A DNA stretch of 64,000 nucleotides, from assembly GCA_973851085.1 (NCBI GenBank), contig OZ316776.1, positions 806,001 to 870,000 of the forward strand. Reading direction: 5' to 3'. Of the stretch, positions 40,043-53,425 are shown one piece after another. The stretch is from Ptychomitrium polyphyllum (lineage: Eukaryota). The notes beneath the pieces are model-generated. The model ran no database searches. It was not told where the DNA came from and was given only the letters and a program-made list of their open reading frames with translations. The position numbers and the translations under genes are program-made. How positions within the stretch are numbered: position 1 is the stretch's first letter; the number at the start of each line of letters is the position of its first letter.

Positions 40043-42470
40043 GGCTATGGAAACATTGAAATATTCTAAGAAGCTATTATAATATATTAGAAGGTTCTAA
40101 AGACTATGTTGCATAATCTATATCCATGAAAGTAATATGCTTCCATGCATTACAATGATAGTTTTGGATTGTCTTATCTTAACTAATATTTATTTTTAAA
40201 ACATCTATTTAGACTAAATATATTGATTTAAATCCAATTCTTAAGGTTTAGAATAAATCTAGTATAGTTGAAGGTATCTAAACAACAACAACAACATAGA
40301 GTACACAATACTAAGATGCACATAATACACATGGTGGATTATAGATTGGTAGAATTGAAGAAAGAAAAGGTTTAACATGTAAATATATTTTGAAACTTTT
40401 GATAAGTTATCAAAATTATCCTAAATTTAAGATTATTTATATCACAAATCATCACTACAAGCCCTACCAACTTAAATTATATGTTTAAATATGTTCTTCT
40501 AATTTGGCAAAACACATCAATAATTTCTCAAAAATTCCTGATCATTGCCTACACTGATACTTTACCTGGTATGTCAAAGAATGCTATGGCAAAGCATTTC
40601 AAGGTGAGAGACCCCTTTGAATTTCATCCTGTCACCACCCATGGCGCACATGCTCACCAGCCTTGTCCCCAACTCCTGACCACCTATTCCCAAGGTGCAG
40701 AACATCGCAGTCACCTCATCTCTGGTGGTCCATGAAAGGTTCAAATGTGAAGGCTTACCTTACTTTTTGTCACCTTTTCCTCCTTTTCTACTTTTCTTGT
40801 TTGGGAAACAGCTGAGAGCCTGGGAAGGGACAATCAGCTTTAACAACTTCGGTTCCAAGAAATGCAACAATCCTGGCCTGTACGTACGAGACTAGAATCC
40901 CAGCTTAGAAAAGGGAACTCAAATAGTGTGGGCCAACATAAGGGAGGTATCCTTTGCTGGCATCCTGTGCCTCAGATGAAACTCACATCTCAAAGGCATT
41001 CAAAAGGCAATAAGGAATTGAGCTCTCCCATAAGATTCTCCCATACTCGAAGTCAATGCTCAGAGAATCGTCCTAACAAGCACCTCTCATCTCACATATC
41101 CGACGCAGCATCTCCATTGAGCAAACTCCAGATAATACACGCACAGAAAAATCAAGGAAATAAAAATCTGAAAGGGAAAAAATTATCCAATGCAATGAAA
41201 TCAGCTTCTGATCAATCGAATGCCCTCATCGAATCTTTTCTCGTAAAGGTACCCAGTTGCCAAATGACATCCCAGGCCCACTCAGTGTCACCTAAAACCC
41301 TACCAGCACATAGAAAAGATCACACCCCCGGAATTGAATAAAATAATACAAAGAAAAAGCTCATGAGAAGAGTAGTCCCCTGTGGCTGCCATCAATCAAG
41401 CCCAGCTGGATGGGGGCGCCTCAACGACGAATGAAATCGGATGCAACCATACACGCTGGCCTTATTTCCTGCAACCAGCAAGGACCTCCGTGATGATGGA
41501 TACTTCTATTCGCCCAAATTTTTCATCCTCCAAACCTTGTCGACGCTGCATGGATGTCGCCACAAACGGACGGAGATGCTCTTTATCGTTGTCGTATCTC
41601 CATCGTCTCCCAGTCTCGTCCGACAGGTTTGGCGCCCCGGCTGGACGAAGGCGTTTGCCGATGTCTCCAAGGTCTCCAAGTTTCGTCGCCTTCGTCGACG
41701 ACCCCGTGGATAAACGACGAACATCGTTCGTCGATATCTGCAACGTCTTCAGTCGTCTCCGCTGGTGGGAGAGAGCTCGGAGACACCGGCGATGGCGATG
41801 AAATGAGACCCCTGTCGCTTCTTCCTGTCTTGCAGCGGCCACCCCCTCACCGCAACCTCCTGGGGCTTGCACCCGCGCGCACCGTCTCCCTCTTCCCCTC
41901 CTTACACCCGCCGTGCGCTTGCACTAATCCTTCCGCGGCGAAATCCTGCAACCGTTCGAGGTTTCTCTCGCCTTTTTTCTCCGTTCGACCAGTGGATTCT
42001 CGTCGTGGTTCTCTCTTCTCTCGGGAATCTCTTCACCCGCTCGAAGTTTCGCCTCTTTCTGCGCTCCTTGGGACCTTCTGAGGCCACGGGTTTCGGAGAT
42101 TGGAGATTGGCTGTAGATGCCTTGGAGATTCTGCCGTTGCTGGTTGTGGAGAGGTTTTTGAGAATTTCGGTAGCGGTGGTTTCTATTAGCGGTTTTTTCT
42201 GTCTGTCTTTCTTTCTGCCTTGGTGTTGTTGGTTTTGTGGAGGGAGCAGTGGTGGTGGTTGGAGTGTCGACAGGTTTTGTGGCGCTGTTGTGATGGTCTA
42301 TGTGGTTAGGGTAAATTGGTGCATGCGCTGCAGTTTGGTGGAGTGGCTTCGACAGTAGGTTTCGTTTGTGGCTCGCTTTTTGGAGCTAGGAATTGAATTT
42401 TTGGTAGCTTGGAGGTGGGAGTGAGGGTTTGGTATTTCAAGAAGGTGCAATTTGGTAGTGGATTGAGAGC

Positions 42471-45400
42471 ATGAGGGCGGTTGGTTCAGCAGTGGCTGCT
42501 CCACTTCGTGTGGACACTCTTCCTTCGTCCTCGCCTGCGCAGATAGTTTGCCGAACGAACTTTCCTAATGCCTCAGGATGTCTTGCGACACAGCCCGTTA
42601 CGCAGCAGCAGCGGGGGGCAGCCCTATCCGGGTGCAACAGTGTGCATAGATTCGTGAAAGCCGTGGAGACAGGGCGCCATAATAGCCATAGATTTCACCC
42701 GAGTGCCTTTGTGTGCCGGTGTTCGGCTTCAGGGGGGTCTGAAGATGCGAGTAATTTGCCACGGGAGAGTAAAGGATTGAGGAATGAGCAAAGCGATGGC
42801 GGTAACAATGCTCTTGATGGAGAAGGGCAGAATGAGGCTGGTCCTTCGTCCGTGTGGGATTTGCCGTCTCGACACAAGCGGATGCAGGTGTGTTTTCTTT
42901 GTGACTCGAATGCAAATGTGCCTCCTCTGTCAATTTGCAGCAGGTATGAGTAACCTTCTCTATTTGTGGCTATCTTCAATGTGCCGCTTTTCTGTGTACG
43001 AAGGACGATTCTTTTTGGAAGTGCTTTCTGCGAATTGGGACACGCTTGTCATTTGGCTACCATTCATTCCCCTTCAGACTGAATTTAGTCCCCAAACCAG
43101 GTTTTGTTGTATTGAGGATAAGCGAGCGTCGAACCACTCACGTAGTGCAACATTTTACCAATTCCATACGCTGGAGTGGAAATTTTTCATTCACATTGCT
43201 TGTTTAGTATTGGAACCTCATTGCGAACATTGATTGAAAATGGTTCGTCGGCTCTACCGAGCCAGCGTTGTGCTAGAACTCGACCACATATTGCATGTGA
43301 AAAAAGTGAAATTCGTTGTTACGGATGATAGCAAGTGAAGATCGTAGTTGCTAGGGTAATCGAGGATTGGGTGCGCTGGGTGAATTGTCACTATTTGAAT
43401 TTAGTATTTGGATAAGGTTGCGACCGTAATATGCTGTACAAGTTCGCTGGACATAATACTTGACAATGACAGGGCTTACGAGAATGTAATAGGAATCAGT
43501 ATTTTAGGCAGATCTCATTAGTTCCTGAATTGTTGAATTGACATGAGGAAGAATAGTTCGATTTGAGTTGAAGTACAAGAGAAGTCTTGAGCCTTGAGTG
43601 ATCTTTTAGAGCACAGCGTAAATTGTGTAAGTTCGACATGGGCGCAGGCTGCGGCTGCCAAAGTGGGAGACCCACTGCGTGACATGGTTAGCATTGCTAG
43701 CAAGAAGCTGCAAGGCTATTTGGAAAACCACAATCACGTCAAGACCAAGGTGGATGCTGATGGTAAGCTCGTGCCTGAGCAGGAGACAGAGCAGGAGAGC
43801 GACTGGGCGAGATGGCAGAAAGCATTTGCAGAAGTTGAAGCGAGTGAAAGCGTGAGCACGATGTTGAAGGTTAGTGGCTTCTTTACAAGTCCGGTCTTAT
43901 TTCTGGCAAACAACATTTATGATGTCCTGCTTATTTCTGGTATTGATAAAGTAACAATTCTTATTGTACTTTGAAACTGTAATGGCTGTTTTTCTAGGTT
44001 CAAATTGAGGAAGCCGTTAAGGTTGAGAATTTTGAAGAAGCTGCAAAGTTGAAGGCCGCTCTGGATTCTGTGACACAGAAAGATCTAGTAGCAGAGGTTA
44101 CAAGTGGATTGAAGGTACTAACCTAACTTGTTTTCTCCTTCATCGAGTTGTTATTTAATAGTTGTAGTGGAGCATCAGGTGTAGGTCTTCATGGAGGGTT
44201 GAATTGTGGCATCTTTTGCTTCAGCAGCAAACGTGCTTAATTTCTTAACGATCTGTTGTTGAGGCATGCGTTCATGTTGATTTGTGACACCAGAAAGCCT
44301 TGGCTGAGGAACGTTATAATGATGCTACATTATATAGGGACAAAGCAGGTGCTGGTCTGGTAAGTGGTGCATTTCGTTGTCTCGCGTTAGTGATGTGAAT
44401 CTCTTTACTATTTATTCTCTGCAATGTCCTAGTTTTTGATTCCAGCACAGAAAATGATTATTAGGGTATATCTTTATTTTCAGCGTTTTGTCATCCTATT
44501 TCTTCAGCCCACTGATTTGTGTTTGGCATGAGCAGGTGGGTTGGTGGGTCGGTCTTGCGGAAGGAGGTAATGATCCATATGGTCGCATTATCAACATATA
44601 TGCTGCGCATGGACGACTCGTTGCAAAAGGCTATAGTGCGAGGTATGATCAGGCACCTTCCATGTATGTTCAGGTTCTTTTCGGACTTCATTTACTATGA
44701 GAGCTTGATGGATTAGTTAATTTTTATTGTGAGAAGAATGTCATTTATACTTCGTTTTGATTGAGATTGTGATTGTTGCACTTCTTCCAGGCAATTGGCT
44801 ACTGCTGCAGCGGGTGTTCCTTTATTTGAGATCTTTATCACGAAGAACGGAGAACGAGACTACAGCCAGCAGGTGATTTGTTGAATCAATTACAGGCTTA
44901 GAATTGCAATAAGTTTAGCGTCTTTTCTACAAAAATATCATGAACGAAGATAAATTAAATTAAACCTATCAGGAACTCCAATTTCTGAGCTGCCACTTTC
45001 ACGGTCATGGATAATCATTCCATCCTGCGGTTAGAGATTGGAAACATAGCCTGTCTTCATTTGCTTAGGTCTATGCCATTTGGTCCTTAATTTTGTGATT
45101 CTTGATAATTTGCAGCTGTAGTTCGAAAGTCTTTTATAATGAAGATGACTTTAAGGAAGGCTTTCATCATGACTTTAATGTGATATACTTGACTTTGACA
45201 GGCTGTTTACTTGCAACGAGATACGGCTGCGGGAACAGGGTCTTCACCTAGCTCTATCAAAGTTATCGATGCAAATGTATTGGATGTTGAGAACTCAGCA
45301 AGGGAAGAGGACGCTAGTGATACAACGAAAGAGTTATCAGAAGATACTTCGGATAATGGAAAAGAAAAGCCTGGGGATGCTGCAATGTTGGATGAGCCTC

Positions 45401-47711
45401 TAAGTAAAATTATGAGTTTTTTGAAGGATCGTATGCCGGATGTCAAGCTGAAAGTGTTTAAGGTAATCACGTAGGTCGTAGTTAGGGAAGCATAAGTTGG
45501 GTGTTCTTTTGTTGTAACGTTTATGTTCTAATGTTAGAACCTTGTTCGGCTATACAATTGTAATTGTGTAATCTAGAGTTTGGTAGTGAGTTCTGTTAGT
45601 TAAGTGCCGAAGTCTTGTATGGACGTGATTACGCTGTTTAAAATTGCAGAGGTTGCTTTTCATATATGTCTATCACTTTCTAACTTACCGCTTGTTTGTT
45701 TTGCAGGTTATTGCTCCAGAAGGTGCAGAGGCAGAGATACCCAAGATAGTGGAGCAGCTTATGGAACAGGAGGACTCCAGCAGCAGTAAGCAACAGGATC
45801 TGCCAGAAGCTAGCACCAGCAATAGTAATAGCAACAGCAGTTCCGAGAAGAAGGGATTAGGTAGCAAGTTTCCACTCGACGGGAAGCTTCCAGTAGGAGG
45901 TATTGGTGAAGTTGAGAAGGAGACGCCTATTAGGTTAGTAGTAGGAGGGGTTTTACAGAATAACATTGATTCTGAGCCTCCCAAACTTCCTGTCCGAGTT
46001 CCAGCTAGAATTGAACATCAAGGACGAAATGCTTTTACCTTCCACATTGAAGATCCAGATAGTACGCCAGCTGGAGCTGCCCCATCCAAGGAGTTAGCTC
46101 CATCATGGAAAATGGCGGCCCTTGCAACTCAAGCGTCAGCTGACTTAATGCCGGATGATGTTGCGAAAGTCCTTTGGAATGTAGAGAAGGTGCCTGTCAA
46201 GGTTAGTAAAGAGGATTAGTGCCATCAATGGAGTTTTTGAGGATGCTCTCTGACGTTCCTCATTGGTATCTTAGTGTAATAGCATGATGACTATTCCTCG
46301 TGAACTCATCAATATTCGGGTGAGACTAAGGTTGTATAGCTGTGATTCTAATTTGCTCCTTTGTGCCTTAGGTGTCCAAGGAGATGGGTGAGATAATTAG
46401 GCTTGCTGTCAGTCAAGCACAAAGGCGGCGCGGCTTGTTTACCAGCACCAATTTTCGTCGAATCAATGTGACAGAGAGTAGCACAGATCCCCTTTGTGGT
46501 TAGTATTTTCATCTCTACATTATATGTTTCTATAATTTTGATTCTCGTAATGAGTAAATGCTAATGTCATAAACTTGTTGCGTTGATATTGTTGGGGCTA
46601 ATTGTGGCTTTTTAATCACTTTCAGAATGCATAATTATGTTTAACTTTGTGACCTCAAATTATGCAGGACTATACATAGGTGCCTTTGGACCTTATACTT
46701 CTGAAGTTGTGCAATTGCAACGAAAGTATGGTCATTGGGAAAGTGACGATGCTAGCTCGGGCGGCCAAAAGCTGGAGTTCTTTGAATACGTAGAGGCTGT
46801 AAAGTTGACTGGTGATTTGAACGTTCCCGCTGGACAGGTATGCTTTCTTTTGGAACTAGAACTTGAAAGTTGCAACAGTTCTTAAATGACATTGGGAAGA
46901 AGTTGCTGCATGTATATGAACATGATCCTCGTTTGTGCAAGGTTTTATTTGATGACATGTCAAATAAAATGTCATGAGACATGTTAGTGCCTTCTTGGTG
47001 GATCTTCATGAAAGTTGGATCAAATACTCAGCACATTTTGGCAACAGGTTACGTTCAGGGCCAGAACAGGACGAGAAAGTCGACTTTCTCATCGTGGAGC
47101 TTATCCTGAGGAACTTGGAGTGGTATAATCCTGATATATGACCTGATGTTTTTCAAAGATTTTGAATTTTCACTTGTTATGAAAGCTACCTTCAGTTTGA
47201 TACTTGTATAGATCTTAATGTTTCAAATAGAAATTGTGATATGATTTTGCTTCATGATCTCTGATGTTGTGAAAGCATACAATCACATGCAAGATTTGCA
47301 TTGAATAACGCCAGTTTTTATGTAGTTCGGAACTGTGGTTCTTATAGTTCTCTTTATCCATCTCACAGGTAACAAGGTACAAAGGGCAAGGAAGGCTGGC
47401 TGAACCTGGTTTTCGCAATCCTCAGTGGATAGATGGTGAACTTGTGCTTCTTGATGGGAAGGTTTGTCTCACCCACATTTCACTTTACACTTTTCAGTTC
47501 TTTCTTATTTGGTGTGTGAGTTCTGTCACTAAAATTTGGAAATACTAGATTACACAATTGACCAAGTGAATTCATATAAGGAGATTCACGCCTACATTGT
47601 CATTTGCAGGGTGGAGGACACACAAATGGAGCTGCACTTGGCTTTGTGTACTCGGTCCCGGAGCGTCATTTCCTAGTGCTTTTCAAAAGGCTGAATCTGA
47701 GTGTAGACTAG
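42471..47711 (+). CDS. EXECUTER family protein (chloroplast singlet-oxygen signalling; UVR motifs + DUF3506)
   Basis: 13 exons: 42471-42887, 43648-43869, 43998-44114, 44294-44359, 44536-44642, 44791-44872, 45202-45462, 45707-46201, 46372-46498, 46668-46837, 47048-47122, 47369-47461, 47610-47711. Transit-like N-terminus, [71 protein letters not shown]1 vs EX2 not resolved. Confidence 0.94.
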
Positions 47712-50051
47712 GTTTGTGGCCTGCCATGTTTACCACTTATTGCGATTAGCGATAGGATTATGTAAAGCGGAATTTGACAGATGCTTGCGGTGTTGAACTA
47801 CTACCTTCCATTAGGTGGTATTGTAGTATGCTGGAGGTCTCACACAGCTTCCTAGACCTTTGAATCTGTATATTGCCATATCTATCACCATCAGTTTTCC
47901 TTTTCCGAGGATCAACTGATCAATCTTTCCAGAACTATGTCTCACTGTACCTCCGTATATTCTGTATCTGAATGCGTTGTACCATCGTGCAATCATCAAC
48001 GCAGCCCGGTTGCTCTTCTGGGTATCTACTCCTTAATTGAACCTCAATTTACAGATACTTGAGGTGCTTGCTCACGGATGCTCAACTCCCATCCAATCAC
48101 CAAAACAAATTCATGGCAATCCTCTGATAATTGATGGTCTTAGAAGTGCACAATAATGCAACATTGACGCTACTAGGCATGAACCAACGTAGAACATGTC
48201 CATAAGGACTATCATTTCCTGCCAATCAACAGCCATCCGCGCACATGAAAATAATAATAATTTCATGAACAACGAATCTAGTAATTGGTCTTATCACCAC
48301 CCACGACAGAATGTCATCACGAAACATCACAGCAGAAAACCCCAACCAACCACGTTGAAGCGCACGATTGGTCACCTATAAGAGATCCTAACTGCAACAT
48401 GCACCTAATTGCCACACTACTTGATGATACGCACACCCACCTCTGCAGTGCATGTGCATTGGAAATATCGCCCTGTATGACGCAGTGACCAGGTGGATAA
48501 GCAGCGACGGTGATTCTACTCCAAAAAACAGAAGCTTAACTCATCCACACCGCACTGCAGATCTGGAAAGCCAGTTGGAGAATTCGGCGGCTGTGGAGAC
48601 ATGCATTCGGGTTGAGAGTGACTACAGCTTTGCACTCCCAACCACGGTCACCGCCACTACGCGAGCCTCATACCCAAAAACCGTTGCTGCCCCCGAAAAC
48701 CGACATCATCTACCGATTTGTAACACTCCTATTCGCAAATTCTAGCACTCATATAGACAAGGTCGCATCTTTGTGCAGTGACAGTTTGCCACTGCACCCG
48801 AAACCGTCACTATCTACGGATTTTGAAAGAGATTGTGATTAAAATCTTACCTCATAGTAGATGATGTCTGTTTTCAGGATCAGTGACGGTTTTAGGCGTT
48901 GCTTTCGGGGGGAGTGTAGTGAGAGGTGAGCCACAAAAACACTGGAATTTTCGACCTTGGCGATGCCATCGCCAGATTTGTGCTGTACGTGGTTGCTGTG
49001 CTGACTTGGGAATCGGCTTGCGAGGATTTCGTGAGGTGGGATTGTCGTCTGTGCACCGAGTTAGCTTTTGTTTCCATCAGAGATTGAATCTTTTCTTGGT
49101 ACCTGGAGTGTGGGAAGTGGTATCTGTGCCCGGAGGCGAGGTTTCAAATGGTTTCAGTGAGTTTTATGTCGTATGTGGGAGCTGGTTTTGTGCCGAGGTT
49201 ATGATTCTTTTGGACAGTTTTCTACTGTAGCATTGGTTCTCGGGTGCCTGAGTTTTGTAGCTTCGCACCTCAGCTTCTCACATTCTGTCAGTTTTAGAAG
49301 GTGGGGTGAAGTGGGGTTTGCATTGGTATGCATCTTTGTGTCGCGTTTGTAGATTGATGTGTAGCTTGGAGTTCTTCAGCGGCGAAGAAGAGTGGTGAAG
49401 GTGAAATTTGAAGTTCATAAGCTACCTTTCGCTGCAAAGGTGTTTGCGAAGGTTACTCGTGCTCACAGTTTGCCTCCAAGCGCCTGGAAGTTACATTGTT
49501 CTGAATATGCTGATTGTTTGGGGTTTAGGTGGCCTTATCTCTTAGGCTGGGGTGAATTAGCATTGCATTGGTGATGTTTTTTCTTTTAAAAGTAGTGCGG
49601 ATGGTGTGAATTTTGACACTAGGCTTCGAAGTGCATGCCTCGACTGCGGCTTGTTGAAAGCTGTTTTGATATTGAGACCTTAGAGTCGTACTTTGATGTT
49701 GAATTTCATTGATGCTTGCGTCAATCTCTGGAGTGATTGTGAGTGTAAATCTAGAAACAGTTCGTAGTGTTTGCATCTCTGAGAAAGAATCTGTTTTTCT
49801 GTTTATCATTGTACACCTGAGGTTCCTTTTGTGCCTTCCTATGTTAATGGTTCTACCACGCTTCTGAATTCGATTCTCAAGAATTGGTAGTTTTGTTTTG
49901 CAGTACCATTCCGGGCGATTACATTGGATCTCAAATAAAACCAGCTACAAGTGCAATGACGAAGTCAAAAACTAGGTCAATGTTTCCGTCTGCTGAGCCT
50001 TGAAATTTCTTGCGAGTTACCGGACAATTTGTAGTCGATGTTTCGTTAGGT

Positions 50052-52304
50052 ATGGCAGCTTCGAAGACCATGGTGAACAGGCGATTACAGAACATTTTGT
50101 CCCACTTGGCTCCCCCTGTAATTACCACCTCTTCGAAGACACCGCAACCTTCCAGATGCTCGGCTTCATGTCCAACATCAAACATTTCAGAATTAGGTCA
50201 CCTTGGTGAACCTAGCGGCAATCTTGGAGAGGTAGAGGATGACATATTGTGTCGAGAGACAGTGTCTCAACCTGGGAAGCTATTTGAATTTGAATGTAGG
50301 GGGGCAAATACAGATAGAGAAGCGAAGCTCGTAGAAAGTTTAGTGCTGTCACGAGTGCGTAGATTTTACACAGAAGGAAAATGTAATGCTTCGGGGAGTC
50401 ATTCTGAGCTTAGTTTAGTGCCATGTGGAGGGGAACTCAAATCTCAGGGCATGGTTGAAGAGCATTCAGAGGTAAACCTGGAAACTAGAGAACTAGAGAC
50501 TTCGGAAACACCTAGCGAAAGTGAACATGGGACTGTCGATGGACTTTGTGCCGGTGAGGGTGAACTCACCAAGAGGGCAGAGGCGATTCGTTCAGGAATT
50601 ACGAGTGCAAGTGCTGTGTCCAGCTCAGGGGCAGCAAGCTTTAATAAAGGACAATCACTGACGAAACTCGAGAGTAAACCTAGAGGTTACTTAACTGCGT
50701 CACGAGTGGCGGCGTGCGAATTTTGCGACATAATTCAGGGCACTGCTCCCTGCTTTAAGGTTTGCGTGAGGGCACCCAGGTTCTGTCGTTGAGTTCTCTG
50801 GTTGCCAATGGCTTTACTCTTGATCTCTTTGTGTGGTTTAAAAGTTTTGGTCATGATTTGCTCAAATGTGTTTTGGACGTAACGCTAAGACTTCTGATAA
50901 ACATTAGCTGAAAATTCTGATATTTTGTTCTGAGCAGATATATGAGGACGAGCTGTGTCTCTGCATTCTTGATATCAACCCGCTCAGCTTTGGGTTAGTT
51001 CCTGTAACCATTCCTTTTTAAGCTCTTGTAATGTTTGGGATGACTTTTGTCTACTGATTATGTAGTGGTAAATTTGCCTTCTTAAGTTGCATATTTTATT
51101 GGTATTTGACAGGCATTCCCTAATCCTTCCAAAATCACACTTTCCTTGCTTAGAAGCCACGCCTCCGCAGGTTAGTATTACTATCAAACCCGTAAAGCCA
51201 ATGACTCCTCTGACTTCCAATCATGAGATGCGTTTAGTTTAAGGTTATGGTTTAAAGCTCTGTTTGAGTTTTTCAGCAATATCTGTTCCAGTCTGGTCTT
51301 GTTTGAGTCGGATATTTTGGACTCTTGTAGCAACTCATCATCGAGTGTGGCTCGTTCTTGTGCAGGTTGCGGCTGCTATGTGTGCAGCGGTCCCGCTAAT
51401 CAGTAGTGCCCTTCTTGCAGCAACTCGGTGTGGTATTGACCTGCTCCTTCAATTGGAGTCTTTTGAGCTAACTGAGATGACACAGTTGTGTTTGCAAATA
51501 GTAGCCTTTTCTTCTGGTTCATTTTGGCTATCGTGTAGAATTATAAATTGTTGTGGTTGCCGATGTGCTTTTTGGCAGCGCACGAAGTCAGTTCAAAAAG
51601 TATTTTGCTATTCAGTTGGTCTTAGTTTCTCATATACAGTATTACAGATTGATCACGTGGCAGGTATTCGATGTTTACATTCTAACGGACTCATATGATT
51701 GCTGTGTTGCTGACTGGCAGATTCGTTCAACATGCTTGCCAATAGTGGCATTGCAGCTGGCCAAGTTATTATGCATGTACAGACTTCTAGACATCACCCT
51801 TTTTGAGCCATTGAATTCTTTAGAAAACATAATTGTCGCAACTCTCGAATTGTACTGGGGTACAGGTTGATGTACATTTGTTTCGACATCAATGACTCTT
51901 GATGTTTTTCAAGTATTTTATCCTAGAGCTTATAATTAATAATTTGTTTTACTCTAATTTCCTTGTTTTCTCCGCTGTAATTGTGATTTTCTTAGACACA
52001 CTTCCATATTATTCCGAGGTGCAAAGGTGATGGATTGTGGAAGTCCGAGGTAATTTGTTTCCTCTTATGTAAATGTATTATTTCTTTGCGTGTAGTTCAT
52101 TGTGCATAATGGGAGGTTCAGCTGAGGTGCATAATTGTTTCTGAAGTGTCTCGGTTCACCTTGCAGAGTGCATCCAGAAGGCCGATGCGGAAAATGCAAG
52201 AGGCAAAGTCACTTGCTCATGCAGTTCGCACAAAACTATCATCAACAGTTGGGTCCGTGACTCAACAACAAGCTACTTCATTAGGTTTGACAGGGAGGGC
52301 TTAA
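50052..52304 (+). CDS. HINT3: Histidine triad nucleotide-binding protein, HINT3-like, with a long N-terminal extension
   Basis: Exons 50052-50759, 50938-50993, 51113-51170, 51366-51432, 51721-51776, 51996-52049, 52167-52304. CEFCDII, LDINPLSFGHSLILPKSH, AGQVIMHTHFHIIPR (HIT motif); PTS2 RLQNILSHL. Confidence 0.9.
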
Positions 52305-53071
52305 ATTAGGCCCTATTGCTGAGATAGAAGCGAGGATAATTTCTACCTTGCCAAGTTGCTAACATAGAAGCATTTACAGCGAACCAGATCACCGAGAAAG
52401 AGAGAACAAGTTGAGCTTCAAGTTTTTTCTTTCAGTGTACTGTACAGTATATGCGAAGGAGATTACACTACTTGGTTTTGCAGAGCTAGAGTCACTGGCA
52501 ACTTCGATGCTTTTATTGTTATTGTGATTTTAACAAGTATAACAATCTACAACAATATACACAAGAAGAATTTGCAATGTCCTTGAAATGTATATTGTTT
52601 TCCTTGTGATACCTCGATTGAATGTTAGAGATCAAGAGTTTGGGTGTAGGAACGTTCCAAGATTCATTGGAGCCATCTCGCAGAGACCGATTCTAAGAAG
52701 TCCCTTAGACTCTTCAAATTATTACGAGATTCCTGCGAACGAGGGAGTGTTCAGAATTCCGCAGTCATATCCCACCTGGGGTGACTACAAAGGTCAAAGA
52801 CTAGAAGTTGGCAATGAGTAATACATACTTTTGAAGTTTGGATTATGGTTTTATCAATACAATAAACACAATGCTGAATCTGTATAGTATACACAATGCT
52901 GAATCCATATGATAAACAGAATAAAACTCAGTGCATCGATCGACATAGTGATGACAAAAACAAAGCTACGAGAACAATCTTGGGATACATGTCTATAGTA
53001 CCTTGTACCTTGTTCGCAACATGAAATACAGCAAAAAGAAAATATATATGAGGAAGCTATTGTCTCTGGCC

Positions 53072-53143
53072 TATCAGAGCGAGGTTTCGATCCTCGGACC
53101 TGTGGGTTATGGGCCCACCACGCTTCCGCTGCGCCACTCTGAT
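53072..53143 (-). tRNA. Initiator tRNA-Met(CAT)
   Basis: Reverse complement ATCAGAGTGGCGCAGCGGAAGCGTGGTGGGCCCATAACCCACAGGTCCGAGGATCGAAACCTCGCTCTGATA: A1-U72, GGG/CCC anticodon stem, ATCG T-loop. Confidence 0.97.
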
Positions 53144-53425
53144 CGATGACCTTATTATTGCAGATAAAATATTTATAGGAACAGAATTATCAGATTAATG
53201 AGATAATGATAAGGGTGCAAGCGAGAGTTGGTGCAAAGAACATGGAACGCAGTGGCACAGAATCTGGAGGCTGTCTGGAGAACGGAGAGCAATAGGTGAA
53301 GAGTCCTTCAGTCTGAACTGTGGTTTGGATTGGCGGCTGTGTGTATCCGTCTTCACCATCATTGCAGTATCTGGGATATAAACGGTTTGGTTTTGTAGAA
53401 CTTGGTGAGCTTTTCGGTGCTGGAG

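Noticed and set aside
41382..42358. Overlapping 67-175 aa ORFs upstream of EXECUTER
   Set aside because: GC-rich promoter/5'UTR sequence opens frames on both strands; no domain and mostly non-ATG starts.
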